Shown here: positions 31,416-41,043 of the stretch, in pieces
Layout: each line of letters opens with the position of its first letter
Numbering within the stretch: position 1 is the first letter of the stretch
NCBI GenBank assembly: GCA_965222575.1
Contig: OZ244958.1
Coordinates: 736,001-800,000 of the forward strand
Reading direction: 5' to 3'
Length of the DNA stretch: 64,000 bases
Source of the DNA: Alphaproteobacteria bacterium
GTDB lineage: Bacteria; Pseudomonadota; Alphaproteobacteria; G965222575
Notes under the pieces: model-generated
What the model was told of the DNA's origin: nothing
Database searches by the model: none
What the model saw: only the letters and a program-made list of their open reading frames with translations
Program-made: the position numbers and the translations under genes

Positions 31416-32402
31416 ATGCCCTCTATTTCCTCTTTATTGTGTGCCTGCTGTCTCTTCTTGTTCTTTCAACAAGCACAAGGCGAAGACACTATCACCATTG
31501 CCACAGGTTCCCCAACAGGACTGTATTTCAGAATCGGTAATGGCATTTGCTCCCTCTTGCACCAATCTGTCCAAGATAAAGAAAAGGCTGCCTCTTTACG
31601 GTGTGTCGCTTCTTCTACTTATGGCTCTATTTATAATCTCAATCAACTCAAAGCCCAACAAACCGACTTTGCCATTGCACAATCAGATTGGCTCCATTAT
31701 GCCTTCACAGGCACTAATCCTTATGTTGAACATAACGAAAACTTAAGAGCTGTTTTTTCCCTCCACTCTCAGGCCTATCACCTTGTTGTCTCTCAAACAC
31801 TTCAACAATGGGACGATTTACACAATAAAGTCCTCAGTCTTGGATATGACGGAAGCCCCCAGCACTTTCCAACTCAAGTGCTCATCACCCTACAAGGAAC
31901 AAAAAAAGAAGACTTCAAAGCCCTCAAAGCCCTCCCCGCACGCAAAGAACTAGAAGCCTTTTGTACAGACTCCATTCATGGCTTTAGCGCACTCCTTCCT
32001 TTAGGACATGAGAGAATCTCACAAGCAATCAATCAATGCAACGGACAACTTCTCTTCATCCAACCCACTATTATCCAACAGCTTATTGACGCCTATCCTT
32101 ACTATGGCAAAATCTCTATCCCTAAAGGCACTTACAACCCTCTTCATCAAAAAATTGAGACCTTTGGCTTGTTTACCACTCTTATTACTAGCAAAGATGT
32201 CAAAGAAGAGATTGTCTATCTCATGACCAAAACTGTCATGGAGCATCTCTCTTTTTTGAAATCTCTTGATACTAGTCTTTCCTATCTTGCGGCTCAGAGT
32301 ATGTCTCGTGAGGGTATTGCTGTGCCTTTGCATAAAGGGGCTTTGAAGTATTATGAAGAAATCGGCTTACTACCCCCGGTACCCCCGGCTACAGAGCCGT
32401 GA
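31416..32402 (+). CDS. TAXI family TRAP solute-binding protein
   Basis: Signal peptide, ITIATG..TG.Y...G, ST.GS..N, AQSD, VPLHKGA.KYY.E. Confidence 0.9.
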   Translation: MPSISSLLCACCLFLFFQQAQGEDTITIATGSPTGLYFRIGNGICSLLHQSVQDKEKAASLRCVASSTYGSIYNLNQLKAQQTDFAIAQSDWLHYAFTGTNPYVEHNENLRAVFSLHSQAYHLVVSQTLQQWDDLHNKVLSLGYDGSPQHFPTQVLITLQGTKKEDFKALKALPARKELEAFCTDSIHGFSALLPLGHERISQAINQCNGQLLFIQPTIIQQLIDAYPYYGKISIPKGTYNPLHQKIETFGLFTTLITSKDVKEEIVYLMTKTVMEHLSFLKSLDTSLSYLAAQSMSREGIAVPLHKGALKYYEEIGLLPPVPPATEP

Positions 32403-32519
32403 GTACTGTAAGATAGGGGCGGTGTTTTTCTTTGCTTGTTCTGTGGGGAGTGTGTTATTCTGGGGTCTCCTTGAGTACTAGACTTGGGGGCGGATTTTTT
32501 GTGGTAGGGTGAGGGTGCG

Positions 32520-33692
32520 TTGCAACAGGTTTGTGTTATTGGAGCAGGTCCTATTGGGTTAGCGTTCGCTTGTTGCTTAGCCCAAGGGACTGTGCGCTGT
32601 AAAGTCAAGGTGTTGGAGAAGAGGGCGGAGGAGGAGATAAGGTCTCCGCAGTGTGATGGGCGGGATATAGCCCTTACGCAGGCATCCAAGGAGATACTGG
32701 AGGCTTTGGGGGTGTGGCGGGAGATATCTGGGCGGGATATAGCCCCTATACGGGAGGCACGGGTTTACAATGATGGCAATGAAGGTGTGTTGCGGTTTAG
32801 TCCCCATAGGACATCTGACTTAGGGTTTCTTGTACCGAATAGAGTATTACGGCGTGTGTTGTACAGGGAAGCCTTGAAGAGGGACAATATTGAGATATGT
32901 TCTGGGACTAGTGTGGGGGAGGTGCGTACTGATGAAAAGGAAGCGTGTGTATTTATTGATGGTGAGCGAGACCCATTGAGGTCTGCTTTGTTGGTTGCGG
33001 CTGATAGTCGTTTTTCTCCTGCTAGGCAACAGATGGGCATTCCTGTTGCCATGAAGCATTTTGGTCGTGTGATGGTTGTTTGCAGGCTCAATCACGAAAA
33101 AGAGCATGGCAATATTGCCTATGAATTTTTTCAACGTCAAGGTCTTACCTTAGCGCTTTTGCCTTGTAGGGGGAAACAATCTTCAGCTATAATCACTGTG
33201 GATACAGAGGAGGCGGACTTTGTCAAGACCATGCCGGAAGCGGAGATGGGTGTGTATCTACAGGAGAAGTTTCAGCATTTCTTAGGGGCAATGACTCTTG
33301 AGGGGAAGCGTTATACGTATTCTCTTGTTGGAGTTTATGCTAAGCGTTTTGTTAAGAGGCGTTTTGCACTCATAGGCGATGCGGCAGTGAGTTTACATCC
33401 GGGGACGGCACATGGGTTCAATTTGGGGCTACGCGGTGCGCACTCTTTAGCCCAAACTGTCTTAAAAGCTCATGACATGGGAGAAGATATCGCCTCTCCT
33501 CTCTTTCTTAAGCAGTATCAAACACATCACGCTCGGTTTGCTTGGCCACTGTATTGTGCTACGAATGCTTTTATTGGGCTTTATACTTCAGACCATGCTG
33601 TGGCACTTAGGGCGCGCGCGCTTTTCTTGAGGGCTGCTAATGCTTGTACCCCTATCAAGTCGAAAATTGTCGATTTTTTAACAGACGTATAA
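32520..33692 (+). CDS. ubiM: Ubiquinone biosynthesis FAD hydroxylase (UbiM-like)
   Basis: IGAGPIGL, DGRDIALT, AADSRFS..R..MGI, LIGDAAV.LHP.TAHGFNLG. Confidence 0.8.
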   Translation: MQQVCVIGAGPIGLAFACCLAQGTVRCKVKVLEKRAEEEIRSPQCDGRDIALTQASKEILEALGVWREISGRDIAPIREARVYNDGNEGVLRFSPHRTSDLGFLVPNRVLRRVLYREALKRDNIEICSGTSVGEVRTDEKEACVFIDGERDPLRSALLVAADSRFSPARQQMGIPVAMKHFGRVMVVCRLNHEKEHGNIAYEFFQRQGLTLALLPCRGKQSSAIITVDTEEADFVKTMPEAEMGVYLQEKFQHFLGAMTLEGKRYTYSLVGVYAKRFVKRRFALIGDAAVSLHPGTAHGFNLGLRGAHSLAQTVLKAHDMGEDIASPLFLKQYQTHHARFAWPLYCATNAFIGLYTSDHAVALRARALFLRAANACTPIKSKIVDFLTDV

Positions 33693-33753
33693 AGCGGGTC
33701 TCATAAGATTTTTTAATCTTTTGAAGGCTATGGTGTAAGCGCCTGTTAGCAAG

Positions 33754-34992
33754 TTGGCGGATGCCATGGTCTCTTCAAAATTTTGGATACTAGGAATCTT
33801 ATCATTTCCTGTAGGCATTAGCCTTGGTCTTTTTTCCATAGGCAGTGATGCGAGCGTTCATCAGTGGCTTAGTGTGCCGGTGGCTCTTTTTTTGAGCTTC
33901 ATGACGACGCTAGCGTTGCCTCTCATGATTCTGTCTTTTGTGCAAGTCCCTTTATTAGCGGACAACATGCTTTCCCCGTTCAAAATAGCCTTGAGCTGTT
34001 TTGTATATTTTCTTGTGACGACTATTATTGCGGTTTTAATAGGGCTTACGGTGGCAAAGATTGTACAGCCCGGAAAGTCTGCGCAGCTTCATCAGTCCCA
34101 TACGAGTTTGAGTGTGGAGAAAAAACCGCTCCCTTCTTCTCTACCGGGGCGTCTTCTTTCAGGCATTGGGAAAAATCCTTTTGTTCAGTTCTTAAAGCAT
34201 GGGGTCTTGGATATTATGCTGTACTCTTTAACGCTAGGGATTTTCTTGCGTCTTTTTTTACAACCGCAGTCTCTTCAATGGATGCTCACAGTATTATCTC
34301 TTGCACAACGCGGCATCATGGTACTGGTAAATGGAGGCTTGAAGGTCTTGCCTTTGATTATTATCTTTTCTCTTGCCTCTATGGTTGTCTCTTTACAATG
34401 GAGTATGATACCCTTGGTTATCTGGTATCTTTTCTCCTTTTTTCTAGCGGTTTTCTTTCTCTTTGTCTTTTATAGTGTGCTATGGCAAAGTGTGGTCAAG
34501 CAATCTCCGAAAGACTTTTTTCGTCGTATTAAGGAGGTACAGCTTGTGGCATTTATCACGGCTTCGTCTTCTAGCACTTTGCCTATTTCTATGAAAGCTG
34601 CTGAGCAGAAGCTTGCCCTGCCCCCTTTTATGACCAGAGCTGTTATTCCTTGGGGGATTCATATGAATATGGATGGTACGGCTTTGTATCAAGCTGTTGC
34701 GACTGTGTTTCTTGTGCAGGTTTTCGGCATATCTTTAGGCTTTGAAGAGCTATTGTTAATTCTTATTACCACTGTTTCTGCTTCCATTGGGGCAGCAGCT
34801 ATACCGGGGGGTGGGCTTTTTATTCTCGCCTATGTTCTTTCCTCTATTGGCGTACCAGCAGCGGGTATTGGCATTATTCTCAGTGTTGAAAAATTATTGG
34901 ATATGAGTCGTACCACTGTTAACGTGACGGCTGACTTGGTGTGCTGTGGGGTACTCAATAAGATTTTTAGGCGATCTGTAAAATCACCTTAA
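33754..34992 (+). CDS. Dicarboxylate/amino acid:cation symporter (DAACS)
   Basis: AF.TASSSSTLP, NMDGTALYQ, SIGAAAIPGGG, LDMSRTTVNV. Confidence 0.9.
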   Translation: MADAMVSSKFWILGILSFPVGISLGLFSIGSDASVHQWLSVPVALFLSFMTTLALPLMILSFVQVPLLADNMLSPFKIALSCFVYFLVTTIIAVLIGLTVAKIVQPGKSAQLHQSHTSLSVEKKPLPSSLPGRLLSGIGKNPFVQFLKHGVLDIMLYSLTLGIFLRLFLQPQSLQWMLTVLSLAQRGIMVLVNGGLKVLPLIIIFSLASMVVSLQWSMIPLVIWYLFSFFLAVFFLFVFYSVLWQSVVKQSPKDFFRRIKEVQLVAFITASSSSTLPISMKAAEQKLALPPFMTRAVIPWGIHMNMDGTALYQAVATVFLVQVFGISLGFEELLLILITTVSASIGAAAIPGGGLFILAYVLSSIGVPAAGIGIILSVEKLLDMSRTTVNVTADLVCCGVLNKIFRRSVKSP

Positions 34993-35995
34993 TAGCTTTT
35001 CTCTTTAGCAACAGGTCAAAAGCCTTCTCATAGTCCTCTAAGGGGAACTTATGGGTAATAATGTCTTTGATGTCCAGTCCTTGTTGGAGTAGGCGCAACA
35101 TTTTATGCCAAGTGGCAAACATTTTGCGTCCATAGATTCCTTTGATATGAGCCCCTTTGAAGATTAAGTCATTAAGAGGCAAAGAGACCTCTTCAGAGAA
35201 GAGTCCTAGGAGAGCGATTTTTCCGCCCGGCATGAGGGTTTTAATCATCTGGTGTAAGCCGTTTTTAGCGCCTGACATTTCCAGTCCTCTTGAGAATCCG
35301 TCCCTGAGGTCTAGTTCTTCCATGACCTTTTCCAGAGACTCTTGTTTGACATTGACAGTTCTGGTGGCGCCCATTTTTTCGCCTAGTTTCAGGCGTGTCT
35401 CGTGGAGGTCTGTGAGGACAATGTGTCGTGCCCCAATGAAGCGACAAATGGCTGTAGCCATTAACCCAATGGGGCCTGCACCTGTGATGAGCACATCTTC
35501 CCCTATCATGTCATAAGCTAAGGCGGTATGGACAGCATTCCCTAGAGGGTCAAAGAGGGCAGCGATATCATCGGAGATGGTATCTGGCACAGGACAAACA
35601 TTAAAGGCGGGAACGCTTAGGAATTCGGCAAAAGCCCCATTTCTCCCAATGCCAATGCCTTGGGTGTGGGGACAGAGGTGTTGACGTTGTTCAAAGCGGC
35701 ACAAGCGACAGCGTCCGCAAACGATATGTCCTTCTGCTGAAACCCGTTGACCAATTTTCAGTCCCTTGACCTCTTGTCCGATTTTAGCGATTCTGCCGAC
35801 GAATTCATGACCTATAATGAGCGGCGGTTTGATATGCTGTTGTGCCCATTGGTCCCAGTTGTAGATATGGACATCTGTTCCGCAAATGGAGGCTTGCGTG
35901 ATGTGTATGAGGACTTCCTGCGGTGTGATGCTAGGGGCTTCAGTGGTGGAAAGCGTGAGACCTGCTTGCGCTTTTGTTTTGAGAAGAGCTTTCAT
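34967..35995 (-). CDS. tdh: L-threonine 3-dehydrogenase
   Basis: ICGTDVHIYNWD.WA, GHEFVG, VSAEGH..CG.C..C, DPLGNAVHTA, GIYGRKMF.TW. Confidence 0.95.
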   Translation of the reverse strand: MKALLKTKAQAGLTLSTTEAPSITPQEVLIHITQASICGTDVHIYNWDQWAQQHIKPPLIIGHEFVGRIAKIGQEVKGLKIGQRVSAEGHIVCGRCRLCRFEQRQHLCPHTQGIGIGRNGAFAEFLSVPAFNVCPVPDTISDDIAALFDPLGNAVHTALAYDMIGEDVLITGAGPIGLMATAICRFIGARHIVLTDLHETRLKLGEKMGATRTVNVKQESLEKVMEELDLRDGFSRGLEMSGAKNGLHQMIKTLMPGGKIALLGLFSEEVSLPLNDLIFKGAHIKGIYGRKMFATWHKMLRLLQQGLDIKDIITHKFPLEDYEKAFDLLLKRKAIKVILQIA

Positions 35996-35996
35996 A

Positions 35997-37211
35997 CTAG
36001 AGAATATTGAGGGTTTTCCCAATGCGTTCTAAGATGTCAACAGCCCTTGAGAGGTCTTCTATGGTGTGAGCGGCAGAGATTTGTGTGCGTAGGCGCGCTT
36101 TATGGTGAGGGACTACAGGATAGGAGAAAGCGGAGACGAAAATGCCTTCTTGTTGGAGAGCTTGGGCGAAGGTTGAGGCGGCGTGTGCGTCGTACACCAT
36201 AATAGGGATGATAGGGTGGTTGCCCGGTATGATATCGAATCCGCATTTTGTGATGTTTGTCCGAAAGTAGGCGGTATTTTCTTGGAGTTGTTTGCGTAAC
36301 GCTTTGCCGTCTTTAGCGATTTGAAGAGCTTTGAGAGAAGCTGCTACAATACAGGGGGCTAGAGAGTTTGAGAAGAGATAGGGGCGTGCCTTTTGTCTGA
36401 GAAGAGCAATGACCGCTTTTTTTCCTGCTATGTAGCCGCCGCACCCGCCGCCGAGGGCTTTCCCAAAAGTCCCGGTAAAAAGGTCTATTTTGTCTGATAC
36501 CCCCAAGTGTGATGCCGTACCGGCACCATCCTCTCCCATGAATCCTACGCCATGACTATCATCTACCATGACAGAAGCGTTATAGCGTGCCGCTAAATGA
36601 CAAATGTCTACCAAGTTTGCTATAATGCCATCCATAGAAAAAACACCGTCCGTTACAATTAAGCAATGCTCTGTCTCCTGTGATGCTTGTTTTAAGAGTG
36701 CCTCTAAGGAGTCCATATCGTTGTTTTGGTACCGGTATCGTTTGGCCTTACACAGACGTATCCCATCGATAATTGACGCATGGTTGAGAGAATCAGAAAG
36801 TATGCCATCTTTTTCCGTTAAAAGCGCCTCAAAGACCCCGCCGTTGGCATCAAAGCAAGAGGAAAATAACAGGCTGTCTTCCGTTCCTAGAAACTCACTG
36901 AGGGCTTTTTCTAATGCCCCATGGAGGTCAAGGGTGCCACAGATAAACCGTACGCTAGCCATACCGAATCCATAGCGTTCTAGGGCTTCCTTTGCTGCGT
37001 TGATTAGGCGGGCATCATTGGCTAATCCTAAGTAGTTATTAGCACACAGGTTCAGCATTTTACGGGCTTGTCCCTTCTGCTTCCCCTCTTGATTTTCCAG
37101 TGTGAAAACACTGGCAGATTGTGGTGAGAGAATCTGTAACTCCTGTTTTAAGGTTCCTTGTGCTTTAATTGTCTCTAAAGACAAGGTTGCCCGTTTCACT
37201 AATTGAGACAT
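35997..37211 (-). CDS. kbl: 2-amino-3-ketobutyrate CoA ligase
   Basis: CANNYLGLA, GMASVRFICGT, LNHASIIDG, DGVFSMDG, GT.GKALGG, LRQKARPYLFSN; adjacent to tdh. Confidence 0.95.
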   Translation of the reverse strand: MSQLVKRATLSLETIKAQGTLKQELQILSPQSASVFTLENQEGKQKGQARKMLNLCANNYLGLANDARLINAAKEALERYGFGMASVRFICGTLDLHGALEKALSEFLGTEDSLLFSSCFDANGGVFEALLTEKDGILSDSLNHASIIDGIRLCKAKRYRYQNNDMDSLEALLKQASQETEHCLIVTDGVFSMDGIIANLVDICHLAARYNASVMVDDSHGVGFMGEDGAGTASHLGVSDKIDLFTGTFGKALGGGCGGYIAGKKAVIALLRQKARPYLFSNSLAPCIVAASLKALQIAKDGKALRKQLQENTAYFRTNITKCGFDIIPGNHPIIPIMVYDAHAASTFAQALQQEGIFVSAFSYPVVPHHKARLRTQISAAHTIEDLSRAVDILERIGKTLNIL

Positions 37212-37346
37212 GACTTCTCTTTGCCTTGTTATGGCTATTTTCTCCCTAGTATAGCAGTTCGTGACAAACACAACAACAAAACTCAGGCAACAACAAAACT
37301 CAGGAGAGGAAAGAGGGAGGAGAGTAGGGGATTTGTAAGACTATGT

Positions 37347-37478
37347 CTTGCATGGACACAAGACGGACACCAAGCTCATTAGCTTTATGCCGGGTGGGAA
37401 AACTGAGGAGGAGAGGATTGTATAAAGACTTGGCTTGCATGGACACAAGACGGACACCAAGCTCATTAGCTTTATGCC
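37347..37478. repeat. Two exact 45-bp direct repeats, 87-bp period
   Basis: cttgcatggacacaagacggacaccaagctcattagctttatgcc at 37347-37391 and 37434-37478. Confidence 0.9.
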
Positions 37479-37603
37479 TTCCACCAACGATTGGATTAGG
37501 AGGGGGCTTAACCCATGAAGAGTGAAGCCTATGACGGATTGATAAGACGGAAGTCCTTACCCTATGGAGGTGAAGAGACTTGCCTTACCCCCCCCTTAAG
37601 GGT

Positions 37604-37765
37604 TCACTTCATTTCCCCTTCTTCCATCATTTCCCCTTCTTCCATCTCCATTTGGTCTTGCTGGTAGCCGTCCTCCATGCCCTTGTCTTTCTTAGAGAGG
37701 AAAAACCATCCGACTGCTAACACTCCAACAGCGAGAACAACCCAAAGTAGTATCCTATTGTTCAT
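37604..37765 (-). CDS. Single-TM microprotein B (53 aa)
   Basis: MNNRILLWVVLAVGVLAVGWFFLSKKDKGMEDGYQQDQMEMEEGEMMEEGEMK; AAGGAG RBS; paralog of upstream ORF. Confidence 0.8.
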   Translation of the reverse strand: MNNRILLWVVLAVGVLAVGWFFLSKKDKGMEDGYQQDQMEMEEGEMMEEGEMK

Positions 37766-37914
37766 ATTTTTTCTCCTTGAATCTCTGAAGTGAGGCGCAT
37801 TTCTTGACTATCATTGTCAGCGTTCATCTTGTTTTTATTAGACAAGAAGAACCATCCACCTATGACTACCACGACGCCAATGACGAGTACCCATATTAGT
37901 GTTTTATTGTTCAT
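37762..37914 (-). CDS. Single-TM microprotein A (50 aa)
   Basis: MNNKTLIWVLVIGVVVVIGGWFFLSNKNKMNADNDSQEMRLTSEIQGEKI; AGGAG RBS; stop overlaps next start (ATGA). Confidence 0.8.
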   Translation of the reverse strand: MNNKTLIWVLVIGVVVVIGGWFFLSNKNKMNADNDSQEMRLTSEIQGEKI

Positions 37915-38067
37915 AGTTTAATCTCCTATATGTTCAATTGATACACTGCATTAGGATATTATCAGAAAAAATGCGGTTTGTTAAGTTTTTATCAAAATTT
38001 TTATTTTTTAGGGGAGAAATTTTAGGGGGATAGAGGGGTTTAGCTGTTAATTTTTGGGGATTTTTAG

Positions 38068-38076
38068 TGGTATAAT
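38068..38076 (+). promoter_or_regulatory. Extended -10 promoter element upstream of tRNA-Arg/Val
   Basis: TGGTATAAT (TGnTATAAT). Confidence 0.5.
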
Positions 38077-38133
38077 GGAGGAGAGGAAAAGCTTTGGTGT
38101 GTGGTGAAAATTGTGGTATGTAAGGAGGGAGTG

Positions 38134-38207
38134 GCACCCGTAGCTCAGTTGGATAGAGCACTGCTTTCCGGAGGCAGGAGTCAGGGGTTCGAGTCCTCTC
38201 GGGTGCG
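38134..38207 (+). tRNA. tRNA-Arg(CCG)
   Basis: GCACCCG/CGGGTGC acceptor, TAGCTCAGTTGGATAGAGC, CTGCT-TTCCGGA-GGCAG, GTTCGAGTC. Confidence 0.95.
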
Positions 38208-38210
38208 TAA

Positions 38211-38285
38211 GGGCAATTAGCTCAGAGGAAGAGCACTACGTTGACATCGTAGGGGTCACTGGTTCGAGTCCAGTATTGCCCACCA
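38211..38285 (+). tRNA. tRNA-Val(GAC)
   Basis: GGGCAAT/ATTGCCC acceptor, CTACG-TTGACAT-CGTAG, GTTCGAGTC, CCA. Confidence 0.96.
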
Positions 38286-38298
38286 GTTTTTTTCTTAA

Positions 38299-38317
38299 AT
38301 ATATATATATATATATA
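38299..38317. repeat. (AT)n microsatellite
   Basis: About 9 consecutive AT units right after tRNA-Val. Confidence 0.9.
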
Positions 38318-38694
38318 AAGAGTCTGTAAAGGAAAATCACGCAAGTTTCCGCAAAACGCGAGGCTTCATCCCTTGATATAAAGGGGGAGTACCTTCTTGA
38401 CGACTTTACCTATGGGGCAAATGTAGGCATGAATAGACTGTTTATTGAGTACGATAAACATGTTATAGTAAGGTTGTAGAAGGGTAAGGTTTTTTATTCT
38501 CCATGTATTTTTTTCCTTACCCTTCAATTCAACAGGACATAGAGACTGAAGTGCCTACAGCCTCCCCTCCATGACGGGCTTAGGAGGGGTATACCCCTGT
38601 GGTCTTTGAGATTCGGGGGTTTTCACTCTCCTTAACAGGCTTATGAGTCTGCTCATCAGGGGACTTTTTAGAGGGGCCTTGAGATTGGTTTTCG

Positions 38695-40689
38695 TTAGCG
38701 ATGCCTTTTAGGCAGATCTTCAGAGATTTTTACGTGTCGATCTTTAAGCACAAATTCTTGTTCTAAAACCTCTCTGAAAAATGCTCTCCCTTTTTTGATA
38801 ATAGAGGGTGCGTGAGGATTGTATTTCTCGTCGATCTGAAGCTGTTTGAGCAGGTTCTGAGGGTCATCTGACTCTCGCTCTATACCGACGGCGTCGGCGA
38901 AATGTTCCGGGGAGGAAATATCAACATCAATGTCTTTATCCTGAAAGCCTCTATATAAGGAGAGCCACAAGTCTGGGTTTGCTGCCCTTGCCCGTCTCAT
39001 GCGTAGACCTATTTTTAGGCTCTCCGGAAACTCGAAGGGTTTCTCAAGCGTTTTGCCTTGAAGGTCTTCCAATTTGGATTCTTGTTGGATTTTGCCTATG
39101 TCTATGTTTTTTATTTTGGCTAACTTGGCGAGTGTGCGGACGTCATAGAGCATAAGGGTAGCAGGACTGATCTTCGCGCGAGAAACTAGTGTCTTTAGGT
39201 CTATGCCGGCCTCTTCGGCAAGGCGGAAGATTTCCTGTTCACGTTGATCATATTCGCTTTCTGAAATATTTGGCACTTCCATTGTTTCAGATTCCTCAGA
39301 TAGAGTGGGTTCGGGGCTGAGGTTATAGCGATCAGTTCCTACAGCAGACCCCATTTTGCGAAAAAATGTTGGTTCTTCACTGAGTGCGTTTGACATGGCT
39401 TTGAGAGCGGGAAGGTCTTGGGCGTCTTTGAGAACCTGTTCTTTTCCTGTGTCGGTATTTAAGAGCTCTAGCTGTTTTTGTATCTCCTCCTGCTTTCCAA
39501 AGAGCCCCTGTCTCTCTTGAGCATGGTCAAGCTTTGTGAGCAACTGATGTTCCGATTGTAGCTGTTGTTTTTGTCCTTGTTGCTTTTGTAAGTCTTCTTG
39601 TGTGTCTGCGTATTTTTTTGTTATTTCTTGCTCTTGATTGATGAGCGCAAGCCCTTCTTGGTTTTTTTCAAGTTGTAAGAATTCGTTTTTCAGAGGGGTG
39701 CGAAACCCCTCTCGGATAGTATGGTTTTGCGCTTGGAGACCGGTCCTTTGCTCTTTACACTCCGCCGTTTGGGTTGCCCATTTGTCAAGGGGTAAAAACC
39801 GGGCAAAAAAGGTCTGATTAAAACGCTTGACTCGTTTCTCTAAGGTATTTTCCCGTGCTTTTAGGGTGTTGATGTTCTGAAGATTTTGTTTGAACTCCTT
39901 ATGCTTTGGCTTCTTTTTATGAAAAAGATTTTTGACATAGGTTTCTTCGTTCTGTAGCCCCTTTTCTTTATCATGGATGAATTTTTGCGCTTCTTCCTGT
40001 GATAATTTCAGAATCTCTCCGTCAAATTCTGAGAGATTCTGCTTGATATCTTGTAACTGCGTCTCACACTCCTTCATTGTATTCTCATTTTTTTGCATGT
40101 TGCGCTCAAGCTTGTCCAGTGCCATTCCATGCGTTTGTGATGTGCCCTGCATACTCTTTGTCTGTTGCGTAAGCTCTGCGACTTCCTGTTGCCACTGTTC
40201 CTGTGTTTTCCCCTCTTCTTGTAATTGTTGCTCTATGTGTTCTAGTGTCTCTTGACATTGTTGGGGTGTTGTCAACTCCATGACATGAATATCTCTATTG
40301 AGTGTATCAAGTAACGCTTTTTGTTGTTTAACATTCACCTCCATTAGATACTCCTCAAGTCCATCAGGGGTATTGTCCGGTTGTTGGCCATGAAAAAGTC
40401 GTTGTACAACATCTTGGAAGCCAAAGTTTTGATAATCGGGCAGCTTTTTGAGAAAAGGAGGGGTTTTGTTTCCGCCGAAGAAAGAAGCCCCTCTAGCCAT
40501 GGCAGCAGAGGCGGGCGATGAGGGTTGGAGTGCTTGCGGGCGGAGAGATTTTTCTTCTCCTAAGGCGTGTGTTTTCTCTCCCTTGGCAATCTGTACACTG
40601 CGTCCTTTGAACGTGCTAGTTTCTTCCTTTTCCCCTGTATAGGAAGTATTAATGTGAGAGGTTGGTTGCAGGCTAGTTATCGGTTTCAT
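38695..40689 (-). CDS. Coiled-coil candidate type III-like effector
   Basis: Ser/Thr-rich N-terminus with TFKGRSVQ; long Q/E/K/L heptad region; no signal peptide. Confidence 0.7.
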   Translation of the reverse strand: MKPITSLQPTSHINTSYTGEKEETSTFKGRSVQIAKGEKTHALGEEKSLRPQALQPSSPASAAMARGASFFGGNKTPPFLKKLPDYQNFGFQDVVQRLFHGQQPDNTPDGLEEYLMEVNVKQQKALLDTLNRDIHVMELTTPQQCQETLEHIEQQLQEEGKTQEQWQQEVAELTQQTKSMQGTSQTHGMALDKLERNMQKNENTMKECETQLQDIKQNLSEFDGEILKLSQEEAQKFIHDKEKGLQNEETYVKNLFHKKKPKHKEFKQNLQNINTLKARENTLEKRVKRFNQTFFARFLPLDKWATQTAECKEQRTGLQAQNHTIREGFRTPLKNEFLQLEKNQEGLALINQEQEITKKYADTQEDLQKQQGQKQQLQSEHQLLTKLDHAQERQGLFGKQEEIQKQLELLNTDTGKEQVLKDAQDLPALKAMSNALSEEPTFFRKMGSAVGTDRYNLSPEPTLSEESETMEVPNISESEYDQREQEIFRLAEEAGIDLKTLVSRAKISPATLMLYDVRTLAKLAKIKNIDIGKIQQESKLEDLQGKTLEKPFEFPESLKIGLRMRRARAANPDLWLSLYRGFQDKDIDVDISSPEHFADAVGIERESDDPQNLLKQLQIDEKYNPHAPSIIKKGRAFFREVLEQEFVLKDRHVKISEDLPKRHR

Positions 40690-40794
40690 GGCACATGGGG
40701 TTCACAGATTAGGGATACCCCTCATTTAAAGCATAAAAAAGTTATTCAGAAGTAAGTGTTGTGTCTCTTCAGGAGAAAAAGAAAGGGGGTGACG

Positions 40795-40825
40795 ACACAC
40801 ACACACACTATATATATAGTGCGTG
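40795..40825. repeat. (AC)n-(TA)n microsatellite forming an inverted repeat
   Basis: acacacacacacactatatatatagtgcgtg. Confidence 0.85.
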
Positions 40826-41043
40826 GAGGAATTGGGGAGGGTGAACAGACCACTTGCTTCAGGCTATGAGGGATGAGGCGAAGCAGTGGGATAGAGAAAA
40901 ACAGACTCCTTTGCCCTTATTCATGCGGGCGGGGTTTTCTTCTTATTTTTTTAGAACCCCCATTTTTCTTTGTAATTTAAGTGTTGATTTTCGGTAAAAT
41001 TCATGTCAGCATAGCAAGACGGAGAAATTCTAAAAGAATCTTA

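Noticed and set aside
37347-37478. Possible CRISPR array
   Set aside because: Only two repeats, similarity extends into the flanks, no cas genes
37934-38161. 75-aa - strand ORF
   Set aside because: Overlaps tRNA-Arg and its promoter region
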